A stretch of 5,711 nt of DNA, taken from assembly GCA_905250035.1 (NCBI GenBank), contig CAJNOE010000390.1, forward strand, positions 62,389-68,099, in the 5' to 3' direction. The notes beneath the pieces are model-generated. The model was given only the letters and a program-made list of their open reading frames with translations. It was not told the DNA's origin and ran no database searches. Numbering within the stretch: the first letter of the stretch is position 1; each line of letters starts with the position of its first letter. Both the position numbers and the translations under genes were made by a program. Of this stretch, positions 1-5,711 are shown in pieces. The DNA comes from Adineta steineri (taxonomy: Eukaryota).

Positions 1-24
1 AATATTAATTTATAAGACATTATT

Positions 25-169
25 CTCTTTCTCGTAGAGAAGAGTCTAGTAATCATAAATTGATTGCTTGTGTGTCCGCAGGGTCAAAAAAACATCATAA
101 ACCGATTTTTCACGGTTTTCAACTGTTTTTCCAGTAAATGTGAAGAGAATGCCCTTCTACGAGAAAGAG
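25..169. repeat. inverted repeat arms 25..38 and 156..169 (14 nt perfect), about 117 nt apart
   Basis: CTCTTTCTCGTAGA and TCTACGAGAAAGAG are exact reverse complements; with a 2-nt gap the match extends to 25..42 / 154..169. Confidence 0.6.
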
Positions 170-214
170 CTTGTTCATTAATAACTTGATGAATAGTAGA
201 GATTTCATTCATAG

Positions 215-1160
215 GATGATATTCGTAATGGAAATATAGCGAATACAGTAAAACCAATAAAAGCAATTGTAAATTTGGCTGGTGCACCTTTACTTAGTTT
301 TCAACGATGGACAGATGCATATAAAAATGAAGTTGTTCAAAGTCGAGTAGGAACAACAAAAGCATTTGTTGATTTTATTCGAGATTTAAAAGATGATAAG
401 CCAGATGTCTATATATCAATGTCTGGTGTTAGTAAGTTTTATTTTATAATAATATTTATTTTTGGTTTTTATAAATATTTACAAAGGTTATTATCAACCA
501 GATCCAGTTAAAGAATATACAGAAGAATCAGAAGGTGGTGATTATGATTTTCTATCACGATTAGCAAGAGATTGGGAACAAGCATCAGAACCAATCGAAA
601 CAAAATTTAATGTTAGAAGAGTTATTCTTCGTTCTGGTATGTTAATTCAATAATATTAATCGATAATATTTATAATATATAGGAGCAATACTTGGTTCTA
701 CTGGTGGAATGATTCGATCGATGTATTGGCCATTTTTCTTTAGTTTAGGAGGTAAAAAGAATAAATAAAAAGTTTATTGAATGAAATATGTAAAAATTTC
801 GTAGGTCCAATTGGTAATGGTCAACAACCATTTCCATGGATTCATCTTGATGATGTTTGTTTATTAATAATCTATGCTATACAAAATAATCATGTTAATG
901 GTATTTTAAATGCATGTGCACCACAGTTAATAACAAATAAAGAATTTTCAAAAACATTTGCTGCTGCATTTACTCCACCACGTTTAGCTATTTTTCCAAT
1001 GCCTGCATTTGTTATGAGAACTCTTCTTGGTCCTGAACGAGCAATTGTTGCAACAGATGGTCAAAAAGTCATTCCACGTGCAACATTACAATCTGGTTAT
1101 ACATTTAAATATCCAACTATGGAAGAAGCTAGTCAAGATCTATCTAAACTATATAGTTAA
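215..1160 (+). CDS. SDR39U1: SDR39U1 / YfcH-like epimerase family protein (atypical short-chain dehydrogenase), 5'-partial; exons 215..431, 487..636, 683..751, 805..1160
   Basis: Joined exons total 792 nt and stay open: DDIRNGNIANTVKPIKAIVNLAGAPLLSFQRWTDAYKNEVVQSRVGTTKAFVDFIRDLKDDKPDVYISMSGVSYYQPDPVKEYTEESEGGDYDFLSRLARDWEQASEPIETKFNVRRVILRSGAILGSTGGMIRSMYWPFFFSLGGPIGNGQQPFPWIHLDDVCLLIIYAIQNNHVNGILNACAPQLITNKEFSKTFAAAFTPPRLAIFPMPAFVMRTLLGPERAIVATDGQKVIPRATLQSGYTFKYPTMEEASQDL. Family signatures recognised: VNLAG, RW...K.EV..SR..TT, YY.......E....G.D.....W, RSG..LG..GG, PIG.G.Q.FPWIH.DD, GxxNxxAP, E.AI....QKVIP..L...GY.F. The first exon boundary (after AG at 213-214) is inferred. Confidence 0.9.
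432..486 (+). other. intron (55 nt) of SDR39U1-like gene
   Basis: GTAAGT...ACAAAG; removing it gives ...SGV-S-YYQPDP in frame (phase 1). Confidence 0.9.
637..682 (+). other. intron (46 nt) of SDR39U1-like gene
   Basis: GTATGT...ATATAG; removing it gives ...VILRSG-AILGSTGG in frame (phase 1). Confidence 0.9.
752..804 (+). other. intron (53 nt) of SDR39U1-like gene
   Basis: GTAAAA...TCGTAG; removing it gives ...FSLGG-PIGNGQQ in frame (phase 1). Confidence 0.85.
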
Positions 1161-1286
1161 TCAGATCAATAGCATGTTACTTAACGACAAAAATCTCTTT
1201 ATAATTAGATGAAAATATTAATCAAGCGATCTTTCTTACTCATTTATTCATATCTATAAATTGTAATACTTTTTTTTCTAAAAAAA

Positions 1287-1292
1287 AATAAA
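1287..1292 (+). promoter_or_regulatory. candidate polyadenylation signal AATAAA for the SDR39U1-like gene
   Basis: AATAAA about 127 nt after the TAA at 1158..1160, at the end of a poly-A run; weak support in AT-rich DNA. Confidence 0.3.
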
Positions 1293-1380
1293 ATACTATC
1301 CTAAAAAATCTATTAACGATAAGTATCATCAAAACATAGTCGAATTGAGTTTCAATGATATAATTGATGCATATCACATA

Positions 1381-1413
1381 AATTCTCAAGTTTCACTATT
1401 CACCTTGAGAGTT
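1381..1413 (+). repeat. hairpin-forming inverted repeat, 10-bp stem with one G-U pair and 13-nt loop
   Basis: AATTCTCAAG (1381..1390) / CTTGAGAGTT (1404..1413), loop tttcactattcac, located between convergent genes. Confidence 0.6.
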
Positions 1414-1631
1414 AAAAGGATATGTATTTAAGTCATTTCTTACAATGTTGAATTTTTGCTTTATGTGACAAAAGTTCAAGTTTTTCGATACTATTTTATT
1501 TACATACTTCATTTCTACTGTGTTATTTCGCATGTGTATCTGAAGAGCATTTCTAATAAAAAATGATTCAGCTTTTTTTTTATTTCTATCGATTAAGAAA
1601 TATATACCCCAAAAAATAAAATATATACAAT

Positions 1632-1637
1632 TTTATT
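1632..1637 (-). promoter_or_regulatory. candidate polyadenylation signal (AATAAA on - strand)
   Basis: TTTATT on + strand about 16 nt downstream of the - strand stop codon at 1653. Confidence 0.4.
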
Positions 1638-1652
1638 TGACAAAATACTGTT

Positions 1653-2793
1653 TTAATCTTCTCGACGGTTGGCTTCATTATTTCTTGATTCAGTTGTATC
1701 TTGTTGATATAAAAATGATGATCGTTGTCTCAATGCTAAAAGATCAAGATCAGTTTCATGATCATCATCTTCATCTATACTTTGAGTTAATAAATGAAGT
1801 AAACCACGTGGTAAACGTGCAGTATTTCGAAGACTTCTTCGTCTACTACGTTCTTGTTGTTTTTCTTTATCTTGACTTGCTAAACTTAATATTGGATCAT
1901 CAAGATTATATAATTGAAAAACAAAACAAGCAACACATTTATCAAAACCAGTATCTGTACATGAACAATGCCATGATTGACCATTGGAAAATGTATGTTG
2001 ACATATGTCACAATTAAAACCTGACGATGCATAAACTAAACCATTTTCACGTTTACGTTTTGTATGATCAGCTTCAATTAATTTATGTCCTTTTGGACAT
2101 GTAAATATCGATGATTTTCGTTCATTTAATGAAGAATTTTTCATTTGTATATCAATCATTTTTGGATAAATTACAGAGTATAATGCTGAAACAAGATCAT
2201 CATATTTATTCGATGCTTTTTTATAAGGTTCAACCGAAGTTTTATTTATATATGTTGAACCAAGTAAAGGTACTTCATCACAATGATATCGAGCAAGATG
2301 ACTAACAAGTTGTTGAGAATTATATTTTGTTAAATCATTCTATTCGAGAAAGAAAAATTATTTATCTGTTTCATTGAAATAATAAGATGAAATACTTTTT
2401 CACGACAAACATTATGTGGACAAGTAAATGTAGCATTTGAGCATCGATTAAGATGATTTTCATAATCATCCGGAGCAATATATTCCGAACAAATACATTT
2501 AATAGTTAAATGTTCGAGCATTTCTTTATGTTTAGGAGATGATTTAAATGAAAATTCTTTTTCACGACATAATGGACAACCATTATAATATTAATTAAGA
2601 TCAGCATCTTTCGTACAAAATACTCGTTGACAACATGATGTTATTTGTGGATCTCCAGCAATACCTATTCGTATATTTTATATAATAATATAACAAATAA
2701 AAACGATGTCTTACACATGCATATTGGACATGTCAAATCTTGAGTATTCATTATATTTGTTTCTTGTATTGGTTCTGTACCATTAAGATGCAT
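1653..2793 (-). CDS. RING + TRAF-type zinc finger + C-terminal Cys-rich (C1/ZZ-like) protein, TRAF/E3-ligase-like; contains an in-frame TAA at 2591..2593, so possible pseudogene; exons 2793..2715, 2664..2396, 2339..1653
   Basis: Joined translation: MHLNGTEPIQETNIMNTQDLTCPICMCIAGDPQITSCCQRVFCTKDADLN*YYNGCPLCREKEFSFKSSPKHKEMLEHLTIKCICSEYIAPDDYENHLNRCSNATFTCPHNVCREKNDLTKYNSQQLVSHLARYHCDEVPLLG...SSIFTCPKGHKLIEADHTKRKRENGLVYASSGFNCDICQHTFSNGQSWHCSCTDTGFDKCVACF... ending at TAA 1653..1655. CPIC...CPLC is RING-like; the Cys/His pairs after it fit TRAF-type zinc fingers. The start Met is tentative. Confidence 0.75.
2340..2395 (-). other. intron (56 nt) in RING/TRAF-like gene
   Basis: - strand GTATTTC...CGAATAG; removal joins HNVCREK to NDLTKYNSQQLVSHLARYHC in phase 0, completing the C..H..HC zinc-finger pattern. 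Confidence 0.85.
2665..2714 (-). other. intron (50 nt) inside the RING coding region
   Basis: - strand GTAAGAC...CGAATAG; removal joins TCPICM-C to IAGDPQITSCC in phase 1. Confidence 0.85.
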
Positions 2794-2853
2794 ATTTAAT
2801 TGTATATGTCTATATTATTGTACTGTTAGGAAGAACGAAATACTAATCACAAG

Positions 2854-2881
2854 GTCTATCGGTATAAATATCGAGATAGAC
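2854..2881. repeat. short nested inverted repeat
   Basis: GTCTATC (2854..2860) / GATAGAC (2875..2881), with internal GGTAT/ATATC able to extend the pairing. Confidence 0.45.
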
Positions 2882-3316
2882 TTTGTACTTTACACGTGAG
2901 AGTAATATAAATGCATTAATATATATGTTTATATTTTAGTTTTTGTTTGCCTTGATCAACATTGTTTACTAACGGCAATTATTCAGTCAGCTGTTATATG
3001 GTAAATAAGACTCATTGGAGGAGTTTGTTTACCAGTCCTGAGTGTAATACAGGTGTCGCAATTTATCATCAATTAAGACATCTCTCTAGATAAACAACTA
3101 ATCTTATACTACTAGAGTTTATTTCTTCGAGTACGTATGATATTTAGAAAATAAATTTCAATGTGATCATTTATTCACTATTAATTTTGAGATTCATATA
3201 TATACACTTTCGAGAAAAGATCGACACAAGAGTGAGAACAAATATTTTGACACTAATACAAGAAACAAAAAACAAAAATTTCATTTTTCGATGAACAAAA
3301 ATAATATTTTGTTATT

Positions 3317-4088
3317 TTAATACAATCGAACAAAAACCGTCATTAAGATAAGAAGAATACTAATATTTAAACGATTGTCGCCATTCTTTGTATCAACATC
3401 AACTTGAATTGTACCAGATTTACTACGAATATCATCAGATCCATGATGATATTTACCTGAAATAAGTACTGATGAACTTGTTAATTCTAAATCAGTTTTC
3501 ATTGTTGTATGAATACATTTCGATCCTGTCGAAACAATTGGACATGCATCAGCAATTGATGCTGTTGATTGAAATGGAAGTAATTGATGAAGATTACATG
3601 TATTTGCTAATAATTCATTTGTGACATTATCTTGAAATTGTATTTCAACAAAATCTGTTGGAATAAAACTTTTTGAATCATTGAAGTGTAATGGATCTGG
3701 TTCAAGAAAAGTAATTACATGACCACGACCAACAGAAAAACTTTGACAATATGTTTTATTTTCTACTCGACCTTAAATGAAATATATACATGTTAATTTT
3801 AGTTAAAAATAAACAATCTATTTAGAACTTACCAGCTTTTGTAATATTAATAAGATGATTAATAACTGGTCCTTTTAAAATACAATCAACACGAAATTTA
3901 ACAAAAAATGTTGAATCACTTCCGTCATATAATTTTGTTTCAGTTGCTTTTCCATAAACCACAATCGATGAATTAGCTACTTTAGTTTCAAAATCAACAT
4001 TATCAACGGGACAATTTTCATCTAACATTGATTGAACATGACAAATAGAAAATATCGTAACAAGCAATATCGTATTGATACCAAACAT
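3317..4088 (-). CDS. secreted or GPI/membrane-anchored six-cysteine protein with NTR/TIMP/agrin-NtA-like core (paralogue A); exons 4088..3833 and 3771..3317, 236 aa
   Basis: Joined: MFGINTILLVTIFSICHVQSMLDENCPVDNVDFETKVANSSIVVYGKATETKLYDGSDSTFFVKFRVDCILKGPVINHLINITKAGRVENKTYCQSFSVGRGHVITFLEPDPLHFNDSKSFIPTDFVEIQFQDNVTNELLANTCNLHQLLPFQSTASIADACPIVSTGSKCIHTTMKTDLELTSSSVLISGKYHHGSDDIRSKSGTIQVDVDTKNGDNRLNISILLILMTVFVRLY*. N-terminal signal peptide, six N-X-S/T sequons, hydrophobic C-terminus. Gene model well supported; fold assignment is inferred from motif order. Confidence 0.85.
3772..3832 (-). other. intron (61 nt) of paralogue A
   Basis: - strand GTAAGTTC...CATTTAAG; removal joins ITKAG to RVENKTYC in phase 1. 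Confidence 0.9.
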
Positions 4089-4415
4089 TTTGCACTAAAG
4101 TAGACAAGATATAAGAAACAAATTAAACTGAATATTTGTATGTGTTTATATATTGATAATGGAAATAAGAAAGAATGCACGTCCGATATGCCTTGTTTTT
4201 GTTCGTGAACAATATGGACGATGTGATATAGAAAGATATAAACGTTTGTTTTTCATTCTTTCCATGTAATAGATAGAACTAGTATCGTAATTCACTATTT
4301 GTCAATTTCGATAATCAGCTGACTGATATTTTTGTTTTGTCCATCATGTTGTGTTTAAGGGTTACTGTCAAATTTTCTTTTTCAGTATATAAATAAAGGT
4401 AGGATAAAAAAAACG

Positions 4416-4421
4416 TTTATT
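4416..4421 (-). promoter_or_regulatory. candidate polyadenylation signal (AATAAA on - strand) for paralogue B
   Basis: TTTATT on + strand about 30 nt downstream of the stop codon at 4451..4453. Confidence 0.4.
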
Positions 4422-4450
4422 ATATTAAATGTTAATCAAATACTGTTATT

Positions 4451-5381
4451 TTACAAAAAACGATGAAGAATAATACTACAGAAAATAAATTGAATAAAAA
4501 TAAGAGTAATAATTAATGGAATTTGATTTGCTTGATTTTTTCGTGTTTCATCATCAGAAAAAAGTGCTTTATGATTTTGACCTTGTAGAAAAGCAAGACT
4601 GAGATTTTGATGTTGATGTTGCGCTAGAAGAAGTGATAATGCATCGAAATCTATTGTACTTCTTGCAAATATCACAGAACTCATTGTTGTTGTTGTTGCA
4701 GTGGTCGTTGATAAGATTGTACTTATTGTTGATGTTTCCGCTATTGTTTTTGGTATTTCTACTCAAGAAAAAAAGAAATTTAAATTTCTTTTGTGAAGAA
4801 AAAAAGCAAACCTAATGGACAATCAATTGAAACAGCTGATGGACATTTATTAGTTATTGTAGCTTCAGTATCATTTGCTTCCGTAAAAGGATAAGTTCGT
4901 GAGAGACCACATGTTTTTGCAAGTAACGCATGTACTCGATTATCATATAGAATTTCTTCTAGATCAATTGGTCGATATGTTCCATCAAAAAATGGTTCAA
5001 GAAAAACAATATATTCTTGATTGACATCAAGTCTTTGACATGAATGACGTCCAAGAAGTGAACCTAAAATAAAGTAAATTTTACAATGAAGACGAAATAA
5101 TAATAATAATATGTACCTGCTTGAACAATTTGAATAATACGTTGAGTTGGTCGACCTTTTAAAATACATTGAACAAGAAATGTAACATTGAATAAATTTG
5201 GAATATTATAATCGATATTCTTATTTAATGAAGTTCCAATAAGAATGTATGGTGATTGTTGAACTTTAGTATTGAATGGAATCTCATCTTGATTAGAATG
5301 TTCATCACATTGTGAAGATGGTGTAAGATATATACTTAATAAAATAAGAATAAGATAGATGAATAAATGATGATTATGCAT
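4451..5381 (-). CDS. secreted or membrane-anchored six-cysteine protein with NTR/TIMP/agrin-NtA-like core (paralogue B); exons 5381..5117, 5063..4812, 4761..4451, 275 aa
   Basis: Joined: MHNHHLFIYLILILLSIYLTPSSQCDEHSNQDEIPFNTKVQQSPYILIGTSLNKNIDYNIPNLFNVTFLVQCILKGRPTQRIIQIVQAGSLLGRHSCQRLDVNQEYIVFLEPFFDGTYRPIDLEEILYDNRVHALLAKTCGLSRTYPFTEANDTEATITNKCPSAVSIDCPLVEIPKTIAETSTISTILSTTTATTTTMSSVIFARSTIDFDALSLLLAQHQHQNLSLAFLQGQNHKALFSDDETRKNQANQIPLIITLIFIQFIFCSIILHRFL*. Signal peptide, Ser/Thr-rich linker, C-terminal hydrophobic segment; clear similarity to the 3317..4088 gene. Confidence 0.85.
4762..4811 (-). other. intron 2 (50 nt) of paralogue B
   Basis: - strand GTTTGC...CTTGAG; removal joins SIDCPL to VEIPKTIAETSTIS in phase 1. 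No counterpart intron in paralogue A. Confidence 0.8.
5064..5116 (-). other. intron 1 (53 nt) of paralogue B
   Basis: - strand GTACAT...TTTTAG; removal joins IVQAG to SLLGRHSC in phase 1, at the position equivalent to the paralogue A intron. Confidence 0.9.
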
Positions 5382-5711
5382 TATGATTATCGCAATAGAA
5401 TGAACTGATCAAAATGAACGCTTTTTTTTATCGCATCATTTCTTTTTCTCTTTTATTCTCGTATCTCAAATTACTTCTTTTAGCTTTTTTTTCTTATAAT
5501 AAGTAGATCGAATAACTAAAGACGTGATTATGACAAACGAATGTTCAATAAGACTTCTTTTCATAGTAATATGAATGTTATGAGTGACTAAGTGACCTTT
5601 GTTAAATAACATAACGATGGTTATTTGATCCATCTTCTTTTGTCAAAACTTCTTTTAACAAATATTGGATGATCGAGAATATACGTAAAAATCGTTCGAT
5701 GATGTAATTAG

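Noticed and set aside
84-287. 67-aa - strand ORF with a hydrophobic run (LLLLVLLYSLYF)
   Set aside because: Antisense to the first visible SDR39U1-like exon; hydrophobicity arises from the complement of AT-rich coding sequence.
777-804. ATG start of the 127-aa ORF in the track (MNEICKNFV...)
   Set aside because: It lies in an intron (752..804); the true exon starts at 805 and joins in phase to LGG-PIGNG.
1027-1212. 61-aa + strand ORF
   Set aside because: Alternative frame overlapping the last SDR39U1-like exon, without motifs.
1637-2017. 126-aa + strand ORF (MTKYCFNLLDGW...)
   Set aside because: Directly antisense to the well-supported zinc-finger exon of the - strand gene; its Tyr/Leu/His-rich composition is what antisense of a Cys/Asp/Lys-rich exon gives.
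2111-2305. 64-aa + strand ORF
   Set aside because: Antisense to the same 1653..2339 exon, no recognisable motif.
2983-4326. Shared 11-mer TCAGTCAGCTG at 2983..2993 and its reverse complement at 4316..4326, both in intergenic DNA
   Set aside because: An 11-nt match is expected by chance at this window size, and the two copies are in opposite orientation relative to the neighbouring - strand genes.
4569-4815. - strand 65-aa ORF (4569..4766) and + strand 60-aa ORF (4633..4815)
   Set aside because: One is an out-of-frame and one an antisense reading of paralogue B exon 3 and intron 2; the spliced frame explains the region better.
1-5711. Possible prokaryotic defence, CRISPR or other novel operon-like system
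   Set aside because: All long coding signal is intron-containing and eukaryotic; no direct-repeat array, no nuclease, helicase or reverse-transcriptase motifs were seen.

Overview
The window looks like compact, AT-rich metazoan nuclear DNA. The very short GT-AG introns (46-61 nt) and the RING/TRAF-like protein are reminiscent of a bdelloid rotifer, but that assignment is inference. By joining the ORF track across canonical splice sites I reconstruct four protein-coding loci. (1) + strand, 215..1160: the C-terminal ~263 aa of an SDR39U1/YfcH-type epimerase-family protein in 4 exons; the N-terminal Rossmann part is not visible. (2) - strand, 2793..1653: a 3-exon RING + TRAF-type zinc finger + C-terminal Cys-rich (C1/ZZ-like) protein. 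Its RING is damaged by an in-frame TAA and by apparent loss of two zinc ligands, so it may be a pseudogene or a truncated gene. (3) - strand, 4088..3317 (2 exons, 236 aa) and (4) - strand, 5381..4451 (3 exons, 275 aa): tandem paralogues. Each has a signal peptide, six similarly placed cysteines, an NTR/TIMP/agrin-NtA-like core (xCILKGx24C...FLEP...), a first intron at the same aligned site and phase, and a hydrophobic C-terminus. This pair is the most interesting content. I see no CRISPR array, bacterial defence system, rRNA, tRNA or clear transposon ORF.
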